Shown: positions 48,653 to 57,439, counted from the stretch's first letter. The stretch: 64,000 nucleotides of DNA from Vulcanimicrobiota bacterium (GCA_963695225.1 OY968762.1:2624001-2688000), one strand, 5' to 3'. Notes: generated by a model from the letters alone, not told the origin. Numbers and translations are program-made.

Positions 48653-49411
48653 TCAGCGCCGGACCGCTTCGAAGATGAACGAATCGTAGAAGAAGAACTT
48701 GACGCGCCTCGTACGCGTGACGCGGAAGCCGGCCCGATACAGGATCTGCTCGACCTCGTCGTAGCTGAACATGTAGAGCCTGGTCATCCGGTTCTTCGCG
48801 TGGAAGCGTTCGCCGACTTTCATCCAGAAATCGTTGAGCGGCGTGCGCAGCGCGAACGAGCCGACGAACTTCGTCCCGGCGAGCGCGGAGAGGCGTCGCA
48901 GCATGTCGGCGACTTCGTCGTACGGATAGTGGAAGAGCACGTCGAGGCAGCAGACGAGGTCGTACTGCTTGTTCTGCCCTTCGAGAGCCGCGATGTCGCC
49001 GACCATGAAGCGCGGCGCGATCCCTTTCGTCCGCCCGGTGTTGATGTACCGCGCAAAATGGATCATCGGCGCTGAGATGTCGAACGCGTCGACTTCGTAG
49101 CCGTGGTTCGCAAGCGCGATCGCGAGGTTTCCGGTGCCGCAGCCGGCGTCGAGCGCGTTATGCAGATCGTCCGCCTTGACCCAGTTCACGATCTGGTCGA
49201 GCGAGCGCTGATGCCCGTCGCGGATGACCTTCCAGATCGGCGGGATCTCGCCGGCCCCGTAGATCGCCGTCCAACGCGAAAAGCCCGACGTCTCGAAATA
49301 CTTCCGGACGTGCCGGCCGACCCGCGAGTTGGAAACGCTCCCAAAGAGCGACTCCTGCGGCGGCTGATTGTCGGTGGAACGAATGGCGGTCGCGAGCGGC
49401 TCCTCGATCAT
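48653..49411 (-). CDS. bchM: Mg-protoporphyrin IX O-methyltransferase
   Basis: YFETSGFSRWTAIYG, IRDGH, LDAGCGTG, DIS, CLDVLFHYP motifs; alternative GTG start at 49420. Confidence 0.93.
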   Translation of the reverse strand: MIEEPLATAIRSTDNQPPQESLFGSVSNSRVGRHVRKYFETSGFSRWTAIYGAGEIPPIWKVIRDGHQRSLDQIVNWVKADDLHNALDAGCGTGNLAIALANHGYEVDAFDISAPMIHFARYINTGRTKGIAPRFMVGDIAALEGQNKQYDLVCCLDVLFHYPYDEVADMLRRLSALAGTKFVGSFALRTPLNDFWMKVGERFHAKNRMTRLYMFSYDEVEQILYRAGFRVTRTRRVKFFFYDSFIFEAVRR

Positions 49412-49474
49412 GCGGCGCACCCTTGTTGGTCGGGGGGGACGCCCTCACTCTAGCCCCCCGGGTCCGCACGCTCC

Positions 49475-49488
49475 GTGACGACTATCAC
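49475..49488. promoter_or_regulatory. Crp/Fnr-type palindrome upstream of bchM-acsF
   Basis: GTGACGACTATCAC; 22 nt from minus-strand TAGAGT at 49447-49452. Confidence 0.85.
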
Positions 49489-49517
49489 CCGCAAGCCGGA
49501 CGCCCTCGCTGCCCCGG

Positions 49518-49796
49518 TCAGCGAATGGCGATCGGGTTGCGCCGCGCTCGCGCCGAGCGAACGAAGTTCGCCACGAACAGCCCCGCCAGCGCCAACGCCG
49601 CCAGGATCGCCGCCCCGACGAAAATCTTGACGAGAAACAGCACGACGATCAGCGCCGCAATCGCGACCGCGATCGAGACCGTAAGCCGAAGAAACGAACC
49701 AACCACGACAAACCCTCCGCCAAAATGTACCGCGCCCCAGCGCGCGTGTTTCGCCGCCCCACGCCCAGAAAGCCGGCGGGACACCGCGCGTAACAC
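49518..49796 (-). CDS. Small hydrophobic membrane protein (start uncertain, probably shorter)
   Basis: Two hydrophobic segments followed by a basic tail; GGAGGG SD-like sequence near 49712-49717 suggests a downstream start. Confidence 0.5.
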   Translation of the reverse strand: MLRAVSRRLSGRGAAKHARWGAVHFGGGFVVVGSFLRLTVSIAVAIAALIVVLFLVKIFVGAAILAALALAGLFVANFVRSARARRNPIAIR

Positions 49797-49800
49797 CTGC

Positions 49801-49967
49801 AGGTAGCGGGCGGGGCGGGGGCAACAGGGGGCGGCGAGAGCTCCGACCGCCGGCCGGAGCCAAGGATGGCGAGAGGCCGGCGGCGGTGCAGCGCTAGTTT
49901 TCGCAGGATGCGAAAACTAGCAGCGGTCTCGACGCCCCCTGTTGCCCCCGCCCCGCCCGCGGGCCCC
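49801..49967 (+). repeat. Structured intergenic repeat, copy C (subfamily 2 core, subfamily 1-like ends)
   Basis: AGGTAG start, long outer stem, GGAGCCAAGGATGGC and GCTAGTTTTCGCAGGATGCGAAAACTAGC hairpins, CGCGGGCCCC end. Confidence 0.85.
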
Positions 49968-49977
49968 ACTGCCTGCC

Positions 49978-50037
49978 GGCTCCGCGGGAAATCTGCACGC
50001 CGCGCGGGAGACCGTCCCCCCGCCCCAACCGCTACCT
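49978..50037 (-). repeat. Structured repeat, partial inverted copy D
   Basis: GGCTCCGCGGGAAATCTGCACGCCGCGCGGGAGACCGTCCCCCCGCCCCAACCGCTACCT matches 1691-1750. Confidence 0.7.
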
Positions 50038-50059
50038 GGTCGCGAGCAAAGGGAGAGCG

Positions 50060-51148
50060 TTAGTCTGCGGCGCTGGAGATGGCGAGTTGGGCGAGGCGCT
50101 CGGGGTCGAGTAGGACGATCGTCGAGTTGCGGCGCGTTTCGATGATGCCGCGCTGTTGCAACTCGTGCAGTTTTCGGGTGACGGTGACGCGGTTGCTCCC
50201 GATCATGTCGGCGAGGCGCTGGTGCGTGAGCGGGATGTCGATGACGCTCCAGCCCGAGCCGCCTTCGAATTTGCCGAACTGTTTGGCGAGCTCGAGGAGC
50301 GTGCGGTAGAGCCGCAGGTTGACGCTGTTGTTCATCAAGTCTTCGATGAGGACTTGCGATTCCGTCAAGCGTCGCGCGAAGTTCGTGATCACCTCGAGGG
50401 CGGCCGCGGGTTGCGCGGAGACGAGCTCCGCGATGTCCTTTTCGGAGATCGTGACGATCCTCGTCGGCTGCATCGCCTCCGCACATAGGTAGGAGAGGCT
50501 CTGCGACTCGGCGCCCCATTGCGGGAAGACGTCGCCCGCGCTCAAGATGGAAAGCGTGATGCAGCGGCCGTTCGGGAGGAGGTTGTAGAGCCGCAGCTTA
50601 CCGTCGATCACGAAGTGGAAGCGCTTCGTATCTTCGTAGAGCGGCGGAATCTCTTCGCCGAGATCGAGCGTCTTCTGCATCTCGGGAGTCGCGCGGCGCA
50701 GCAGCACGGCGTAGAGGCGGTCTTCCGCGCGCGGAATGGCGGTGCTCGAGCGCTCTTGTTCTTCCTTGAATCCCTCGGCGACGGCCATCACGATCATCGA
50801 GCGAAGTTCGGCGACTTCATTGATGATGTCGATCGGCGGCATCACGCCCTCGTTCGCTTCGAGCAGCGAGAGCTCGATCAGGTTCGTCGCTTCGATCGTG
50901 CGTCCGATCGTATCCGAGAGATCGTGTCCGTGGCTGGATTGGTGCCGTCCCGCGTCGCGTGCGAACTCCATGAGATGCTCGAACTCGGAGGTCTCGACGG
51001 CGCGCACGATCGCCTGCCAATACCGGTCGTGCAACGCGAGCGTTTCCTGACGGGGCTCCGTCTTGGGGACGGCTTTCGATTGCTCGAGCCAGCGGCGGCT
51101 GGAACTGGCGCTGCTGCGGCGGAGCATTTCGGCGAGTGCGGCGGACAC
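50060..51148 (-). CDS. Crp/Fnr family transcriptional regulator with extra N-terminal helical domain
   Basis: GTG 51148 after AAGGGGG SD; cNMP-binding-like beta domain and C-terminal HTH IPLTHQRLADMIGSNRVTVTRKLHEL. Confidence 0.9.
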   Translation of the reverse strand: MSAALAEMLRRSSASSSRRWLEQSKAVPKTEPRQETLALHDRYWQAIVRAVETSEFEHLMEFARDAGRHQSSHGHDLSDTIGRTIEATNLIELSLLEANEGVMPPIDIINEVAELRSMIVMAVAEGFKEEQERSSTAIPRAEDRLYAVLLRRATPEMQKTLDLGEEIPPLYEDTKRFHFVIDGKLRLYNLLPNGRCITLSILSAGDVFPQWGAESQSLSYLCAEAMQPTRIVTISEKDIAELVSAQPAAALEVITNFARRLTESQVLIEDLMNNSVNLRLYRTLLELAKQFGKFEGGSGWSVIDIPLTHQRLADMIGSNRVTVTRKLHELQQRGIIETRRNSTIVLLDPERLAQLAISSAAD

Positions 51149-51270
51149 GAATCCCCCTTTTTGAGATCCTAGGCGCGATGCCCCTCCGCCGTCCGTGACG
51201 CGACGCCGGCCCCGAGGGCGGGAAGCGGGCCGTGGGGGAGCTCCGGCGCGGCCCGCAAAGGTCAGGCTCG

Positions 51271-53916
51271 ATGGACGACGTCTTCGCGGCGCTGCATCCG
51301 GAGGTGGCGGCCTGGTGCGCGCGCACGTTCGCGGAGCCGACCGCTCCGCAGCGTAGGGCGATCCCGCTCGGGCTCGCACGCGCGAGCTTCCTGCTCGCCT
51401 CCCCGACGGGGACGGGGAAGACGCTCGCCGCGTTCTTGCCGCTCCTCAGCGGCCTCGCGGAGCGGCGCGACCGGGACGAGCTGTTCGCCCGGCCGTTCGT
51501 CCTCTACGTGTCGCCCCTGCGCGCGCTCGGCTACGACGTCGAACACAACATCCGCCGTCCGCTCCGGGAAATGGGCCTGCTCGAACGGCCGAACACGGAG
51601 CGGGCGGCGCTGCGGGGCGGGCGGATCCGCGAGCGGTACGTGCGGACCGGCGTCCGCACGAGCGATACGCCGGTCGAAGAGCGGCGCCTGATGATGGCCC
51701 GCCCCCCGCACGTCCTGATCACGACGCCCGAATCGCTCGCGCTGATGATCGCGATGGACACGTATCGCAAGCAACTCGCCGCGCTCGAGACCGTCGTGAT
51801 CGACGAGATCCACGCGCTGGCCGGGAACAAGCGCGGAGCGTATCTCGCGCTCTGCCTCGAATCGCTCGAGGCGCTCGTGCGGCGCCCTCTCGTGCGGATC
51901 GGGCTTTCGGCGACCGTCGCGCCGCTCGGGCGGGTCGCCAGGTTCCTCGCCGGCGCGGACCGGCCGTGCGCGATCGTCGACGAGCGCGGCTTGCGGAAGA
52001 TCAAGCTCGGCGTCAACGCTCCCTTCTCCGGCGCGATGGCCCCGATGTCGCGGATCGCGGCGGAGGCCGTCGAACTCGGGCGCGGCGTCCGCACGCAGCT
52101 CGTCTTCACGAACGTGCGCAGCCAGGCCGAACGGCTCGCTCACGAGATGGCGCTCCTCGAACCGGAGGAGGGCGTCACGTTCGCCGGCGAGGACGCGCGC
52201 TCGCGGCCGCGATCGGACCGGCGCATCGGGATCCACCACAGCGCGCTCGAACGCAGCGTGCGGCATCGCGTCGAAGCGCAGCTCCGCGCGGGCGAGGTGC
52301 ACTCCGTCGTCTGCAGTTCGAGCCTCGAACTCGGCGTCGACATCGGGTACGTCGACCGCGTCTGCATCGTCGGGGGCGCGCGCGGGATGACGCCCACCTT
52401 GCAGCGCGTCGGGCGCGCCGGGCACCGGCCGGACGCGATCGCCGACGGCGTCGTGATCGCGCAGGATCGCGACGACATCATCGAAGCGGCCGCGACGAAG
52501 CGCTGCATCGCGGACGGGACGCTCGAGGAGATCGTGCTCCCCGAAGCGCCGCTCGACGTGCTCGCCCAATGGCTCGTCGCGAACGTCTGCCCGGATCGCC
52601 GCTGGCAGAGCGCGGATGCGCTCGCCGCGGCTCGGCGCGCCGAGCCGTACCGCGCGTTGCGCGAGTCCGACTTCGCGGCCTGCGTCGCGTACTTGAGCGG
52701 CGGCGGCGCCGGCGACGACCCGGCGCACGTCCGGCGCATCGGCCGCGACGACGAGATGCTCTACGGCCTGGGGCGCGAGGCGAGCGCCGCGTTCTTCGAA
52801 AACGTCGGGACGATTCCGGACGAGCGGCACGTCGGCGTGGTCGGGCGCGGCGGCGCGAAGATCGGCAAGCTCGAGGAGAGCTTCGCCTCGACGTTGCAGC
52901 CGGACGACGTCTTCCTCCTGAACGGCAAGACGTTCCGGGTGCGCGAACTGCGCGGCGGGACGCTGGCGGTCGAGCCGCACGCGGCGCGTCCGAACGTTCC
53001 CGTGTGGGCCTCGCACATCAAGGGAATTCCGCTCGTCCTCGCCGGCGAGATCGCGCGCCTCCGCCGCGGCCTCGCCGACCGTTTGCGAGCCGGCGGCCCG
53101 CAGCGCGCGCTGCGCTGGCTCGTGGAGCGCTACGGCATCGAGGGCGTCGAGGCGGCGCACGCGGTGCGCTACGTCGCGCAGCAGATGGCCGTCTCGTACG
53201 TCCCCGCTCCCGGCGAAACGCTGATCGAGCTGTATCGCATGGACCGCAGGCATACGGCGGTCTTCCACACCTGCGCGGGCCGCCGCGCGAACGAAGCGCT
53301 GGCCCGGATCGTCGCCGCGCGCCTCTTTCGCGTCGTGCGCGCGAACTCGCAGATCACCGTCGACGACGGCGGCTTCCTCGTCGCGCTGCCGCTCGGAAAG
53401 CGTTTGCCGGACCCCGCCTGGGGCGAATTGCTCCACGCCCACGACGTCGAACGGGATCTGCTCGACGGCCTGCGCGCCTCCCATCTGCTGCGGCGCCACT
53501 TCCGCCACGTCGCGAACGCGGGCTTGCTCGTCCTCAAGCGCTCCGGCGGCCGGAACGTGGGCGGCCGGGGGTCGCGCTGGAACGCCGAGCGCATCTTCGA
53601 CCGCTTGTGGGAGGTCGACCCGGAGTTTCCGCTGCTGCGCGAAACGGTCCGCGTCGTGACGCGCGATCTGCTCGACGCCCCGGCCGCCGTCCGCTATCTC
53701 GAAGGCCTCGAGGGCGAGGCGCGGATCGTCCATCCGCCGGCGGCGTCGCCGTTCTCGTTCGGGATCGTCACCTCGAGCTTCGCCGATTCCGTCGTGATGG
53801 ACGACCGCGCGAGCATGGTGGAGGCGCTCCACGAGCGCGTTCTCGCGCTGACGGGCGAAAGTGAGGCGCCGCCGCGCGAAGGCGAGTTGCCGCTCGTCGT
53901 CGAGACGCTCGCGTGA
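51271..53916 (+). CDS. lhr: Lhr-like ATP-dependent DEAD/DEAH helicase
   Basis: SPTGTGKT, SPLRAL, ITTPESL, DEIH, GLSAT, SSLELGVD, QRVGRAGH, GTIPD motifs. Confidence 0.92.
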   Translation: MDDVFAALHPEVAAWCARTFAEPTAPQRRAIPLGLARASFLLASPTGTGKTLAAFLPLLSGLAERRDRDELFARPFVLYVSPLRALGYDVEHNIRRPLREMGLLERPNTERAALRGGRIRERYVRTGVRTSDTPVEERRLMMARPPHVLITTPESLALMIAMDTYRKQLAALETVVIDEIHALAGNKRGAYLALCLESLEALVRRPLVRIGLSATVAPLGRVARFLAGADRPCAIVDERGLRKIKLGVNAPFSGAMAPMSRIAAEAVELGRGVRTQLVFTNVRSQAERLAHEMALLEPEEGVTFAGEDARSRPRSDRRIGIHHSALERSVRHRVEAQLRAGEVHSVVCSSSLELGVDIGYVDRVCIVGGARGMTPTLQRVGRAGHRPDAIADGVVIAQDRDDIIEAAATKRCIADGTLEEIVLPEAPLDVLAQWLVANVCPDRRWQSADALAAARRAEPYRALRESDFAACVAYLSGGGAGDDPAHVRRIGRDDEMLYGLGREASAAFFENVGTIPDERHVGVVGRGGAKIGKLEESFASTLQPDDVFLLNGKTFRVRELRGGTLAVEPHAARPNVPVWASHIKGIPLVLAGEIARLRRGLADRLRAGGPQRALRWLVERYGIEGVEAAHAVRYVAQQMAVSYVPAPGETLIELYRMDRRHTAVFHTCAGRRANEALARIVAARLFRVVRANSQITVDDGGFLVALPLGKRLPDPAWGELLHAHDVERDLLDGLRASHLLRRHFRHVANAGLLVLKRSGGRNVGGRGSRWNAERIFDRLWEVDPEFPLLRETVRVVTRDLLDAPAAVRYLEGLEGEARIVHPPAASPFSFGIVTSSFADSVVMDDRASMVEALHERVLALTGESEAPPREGELPLVVETLA

Positions 53917-54674
53917 AGCCCGCGCCCGCCGCCGAATCCGTCGAACTCGCCGCGGGGGTCGTCGGGCTCGCCCCGGGTCTCGCGTGGCTGCCGCAGTCCC
54001 GGACGCTCGTCGTCGCCGACGCGCACCTCGGCTACGAAGACGTCGTCGGCGGGGCCTTGCCGCTCTGGAGCACCGCGGCGCTCGCCGCGACGCTGACGAT
54101 CGCGGCGCGGCGCGCGGGGGCGCGGGAGATCGCGTTCGTCGGCGACATCGTGCACGGCGCGTCGATGAGCGAAGGGGCGGCGCGCGCGATCGCCTCCGCG
54201 CTCGCCGCGCTGCGGGAGGTCGCCGAACTGACGCTGATCGCCGGGAACCACGAGGGCCGCACGCGAGCGTTCGCCGTGCTCGGGGCGACCGTCGAGGCGG
54301 CCGAACGGGACGGCTGGCTGCTCGTGCACGGCGACCGGCCGTTGCCGCCCGCAGCCCGCGCGATCGTCGGGCACCTCCATCCGAGCCTGCGGCTCGCGTC
54401 CGGCTCTTCCGCCCCCGCGTTCGTCGCGAGCGAGCGGGTCGTCGTCCTCCCGGCGCTGACGCCGTATTCTACCGGTCTCGACGTCCTTTCGGCGGACTGC
54501 GCGGCGGCGCTCGCCGCTTGGGGCGTCCGGCGCGGCGAGGCGCACGTCGTCGTCGCGACCAGCGAGCGGCTCTACCCCTTCGGTTCGCTCGGATCGCTGC
54601 GGGCCCGTCTCGTCGCCGGCCGCGGGCCCGGTAGGCGGCTCCCTAGGCGCCGCCTGCGAGCCGACCCCTCCTGA
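53913..54674 (+). CDS. Metallophosphoesterase (Lhr/ligase-associated MPE/PdeM-like)
   Basis: ADAHLGYE, GDIVH, GNHE, HGD, GHLHP, LPA motifs; translationally coupled to lhr. Confidence 0.88.
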   Translation: MKPAPAAESVELAAGVVGLAPGLAWLPQSRTLVVADAHLGYEDVVGGALPLWSTAALAATLTIAARRAGAREIAFVGDIVHGASMSEGAARAIASALAALREVAELTLIAGNHEGRTRAFAVLGATVEAAERDGWLLVHGDRPLPPAARAIVGHLHPSLRLASGSSAPAFVASERVVVLPALTPYSTGLDVLSADCAAALAAWGVRRGEAHVVVATSERLYPFGSLGSLRARLVAGRGPGRRLPRRRLRADPS

Positions 54675-54776
54675 CGCCGATTCAGAGCGACTTTTTGTCG
54701 GCCGGCAAGATCGCGTACGTGAACGCCGTGCTGAAGGCGATGAGGACGATCGCCCGGATGACGAACCCGACCACCA

Positions 54777-55340
54777 CTAGAGGCGGCCCAACCGATCGAG
54801 CATCGTGTAGATCGAAGCGACGTGCGAGCCGACGTTGACGGTGCCGTCGCGGACGTACTCGCGCAGCTCTTCGAGCGTAGCGTACACGAGCTCGATCTGT
54901 TCGGTCGGGTCGGGACGCTGAGCGACGCACGCTACCGCGTCGCGCACGTGAAAGAGCTGGAACCGCGCGTTCGAATTCGTGGGGTCCGTAATGAAGGTCG
55001 CGACGAGCTCGGGCTCGGCGGGGTTGCCGATATGCCCCGTCTCCTCTTCGAGTTCGCGCCGCGCGCACTCCGCCGGCGTCTCCCCGCCGTCGATGGCGCC
55101 GGCGGGAAGCTCGAGGACGCTCTCGCCGATTCCGTGCTTGTATTGGCGAACGAGGACGACCCGCCCATCGGGCCGTTGGGCGAAGACGACGGCGAAGCCG
55201 CTGCTCTCGCGGACGTAGTAATCTTGGATCCGCTGGCCGTCGGGCAGTTCGATCGAGTCGCGCCGAAGGCGCAGGTATGGCGTCTCGATGACGATCGCCG
55301 AGTCGAGGACGAGCCACTTTCCCGAATCGCCGCTCTTCAC
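54777..55340 (-). CDS. NUDIX hydrolase (ADP-ribose pyrophosphatase-like)
   Basis: LVRQYKH, ELPAGAIDGGETPAECARRELEEETG Nudix box; start estimated. Confidence 0.92.
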   Translation of the reverse strand: MKSGDSGKWLVLDSAIVIETPYLRLRRDSIELPDGQRIQDYYVRESSGFAVVFAQRPDGRVVLVRQYKHGIGESVLELPAGAIDGGETPAECARRELEEETGHIGNPAEPELVATFITDPTNSNARFQLFHVRDAVACVAQRPDPTEQIELVYATLEELREYVRDGTVNVGSHVASIYTMLDRLGRL

Positions 55341-55761
55341 AACGAGGTCCAGGATACTACGCGAGGGGAGGGGGCTCAAGTCCTCCGGCGGCAAATCTCT
55401 CCGAACTAGCGTTCCCGCTACGGAGGCTCGACGACCAATCGACGACGCGCTGCGGATCGGCACGAACTACCAGACGACGTATGGTACGCTCTGGAAAGAC
55501 GGCACTTACTTCCCGCGGGGAACGCAGGTCAGCGTCGTGGGCATGCACATCGAACAGGGCTTCTGCGTTCGCTTTCCGGCCGAAATCGACGGCGAGCCTC
55601 TGGAAACGTGGGAGGACTGGAGCGAGGCCGATTTCCTCGCCCCCGAAGGTTCGATCGAAGTGACGCCCGGGGTTTCCCCCTCGGTGCTCGACGAAGCGCG
55701 CGAAGTTCTCGACGATGCGGAAGACGGCTGCCACTTGCATCTGCACGAAACGGACGACTGA
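55288..55761 (+). CDS. Acidic hypothetical protein (true start probably downstream)
   Basis: C-terminal ~110 aa show host codon usage and abut the next gene; the N-terminal part overlaps the NUDIX gene. Confidence 0.5.
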   Translation: MTIAESRTSHFPESPLFTTRSRILREGRGLKSSGGKSLRTSVPATEARRPIDDALRIGTNYQTTYGTLWKDGTYFPRGTQVSVVGMHIEQGFCVRFPAEIDGEPLETWEDWSEADFLAPEGSIEVTPGVSPSVLDEAREVLDDAEDGCHLHLHETDD

Positions 55762-55762
55762 C

Positions 55763-57412
55763 GTGACCGCAACGCAACGCGTCGCCTTGCCCTCGACGCT
55801 TCCCAGCACGATGATGGACGTCCAGCTCACCACGACCTGGGTCCTGGAACACGCGGTCCGCAACCACGCGCGGCGAGAGATCGTTTCGCGCTCGGACGCC
55901 GGCCCGCTCCATCGCGCCACGTACGCGCAGTTCGCGGCGCGCGTCGCGCAGCTCGCGCATGCGCTGGTCGAACTCGGCGTGCGGCCGGGCGACCGCGTCG
56001 CGAGCTTCTCGTGGAACACGCATCGCCATCTGGAATTGTATTACGCGGTGCCCTCGATCGGCGCGGTCCTGCATACCGCGAACATCCGGCTCTTCCCCGA
56101 GCAAGTGGTGTGGGCGTTCGACCACGCCGACGACAAGCTCATCTTCGTCGACGGCTCCCTGACGCCGGCGCTCCGGGGGGTCGCGCAACTCCCCGACTTC
56201 AAGCGCCCGTTCATCGTGATGGGCGAGCCGATCGTCGAGCTGCCGAATTCTCGTTCCTACGAAGATCTGCTCGCGGGGAAGCCGGCGACCTTCGATTGGC
56301 CGGAGCTCGACGAGCGCAGCGCCGCGATCCTCTGCTATACGTCCGCGACGACGGGCGATCCCAAAGGCGTCTTGTTTTCGCACCGGTCCTCGATGCTGCA
56401 CGCGTTCGCGGGCGCGCTGCCCGATGCTCTCGATATCGGGCAAGCGGATTCGCTCATGCCGGTCGTGCCGATGTTCCACGTCAACGCGTGGGGGATGCCG
56501 TTCATCGCTCCGCTCGTCGGTGCGAAGCTGGTTCTGCCGGGCGCCCGGCTCGATCCGGCGAGCTTGATCGAACTGATCGACGCGGAGGGCGTCAGCGTCT
56601 GCGCCGGCGTCCCGACCGTGTGGCTCGCACTCCTGGACGAATTGAACAAACGCGACGCGCGCCTCCCTTCGATGAAGCATCTCGTGATCGGCGGGTCCGC
56701 CGTCCCGCCGAGCCTCTTCGACGGCCTCGAAGCGCGCGGCGTCCACGTCGTTCACGCCTGGGGGATGACGGAGATGAGTCCGATCGGGACGGTCTCGCAA
56801 CTCCGCTCGGAACTGGCCGGCGCTTCGCCGGAACTGCGCCGGGCGGAACGCCTCAAACAGGGCGCGTTCACGCCGATCGTGGCCTGGAAGCTCGTCGACG
56901 ACGAAGGAAACGAGGTCCCGCGGGACGGCGTTTCGCGCGGGCAGCTCTGGGTGCGCGGCCCGGCCGTGACCGGCTCGTATTATCGGGCCGGGGAAGGCGG
57001 GGCCGATTCGTTCCGGGACGGCTGGTTCCACACCGGCGACATCTGCACGGTCGACGAGTTCGGGTACATGCAGCTCGTCGATCGCTCGAAAGACCTCGTG
57101 AAATCCGGGGGCGAGTGGATCTCGTCGGTCGATCTCGAGAACACGCTGATGGGACATCCGGCGGTCAAGGAAGCCGCCGTGATCGGTGCCTGGCACCCGA
57201 AGTGGGTCGAGCGTCCCGTCGCCTGCGTCGTCATTCGAGAAGGGCATACGACCGACGAGGCGGCGATTCAAGCGTGGCTGGCGGAGCGCGTGGCGAAATG
57301 GTGGATTCCGGACCGGGTGGTGTTCGTCGACTCCATCCCGCGGACGGGCGTCGGGAAGTTCTTGAAGAGGGAGCTGCGCGAGCGCTATCGGGGGCTTCTC
57401 GCGGAAGAGTAG
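55763..57412 (+). CDS. Fatty-acid--CoA ligase (AMP-binding; AlkK/DmdB-like)
   Basis: YTSATTGDPKGV, VPMFHVNAWG, AWGMTE, GWFHTGD, DRSKDLVKSGGEWISS motifs. Confidence 0.95.
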   Translation: MTATQRVALPSTLPSTMMDVQLTTTWVLEHAVRNHARREIVSRSDAGPLHRATYAQFAARVAQLAHALVELGVRPGDRVASFSWNTHRHLELYYAVPSIGAVLHTANIRLFPEQVVWAFDHADDKLIFVDGSLTPALRGVAQLPDFKRPFIVMGEPIVELPNSRSYEDLLAGKPATFDWPELDERSAAILCYTSATTGDPKGVLFSHRSSMLHAFAGALPDALDIGQADSLMPVVPMFHVNAWGMPFIAPLVGAKLVLPGARLDPASLIELIDAEGVSVCAGVPTVWLALLDELNKRDARLPSMKHLVIGGSAVPPSLFDGLEARGVHVVHAWGMTEMSPIGTVSQLRSELAGASPELRRAERLKQGAFTPIVAWKLVDDEGNEVPRDGVSRGQLWVRGPAVTGSYYRAGEGGADSFRDGWFHTGDICTVDEFGYMQLVDRSKDLVKSGGEWISSVDLENTLMGHPAVKEAAVIGAWHPKWVERPVACVVIREGHTTDEAAIQAWLAERVAKWWIPDRVVFVDSIPRTGVGKFLKRELRERYRGLLAEE

Positions 57413-57439
57413 CCCTCAAATAAGCCGCCGAGCGAACCG

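Noticed and set aside
49424..49441. PpsR/CrtJ site upstream of bchM
   Set aside because: TGT-N12-ACG is only a near match and unpaired; no TGT-N12-ACA seen in the other three bch promoters
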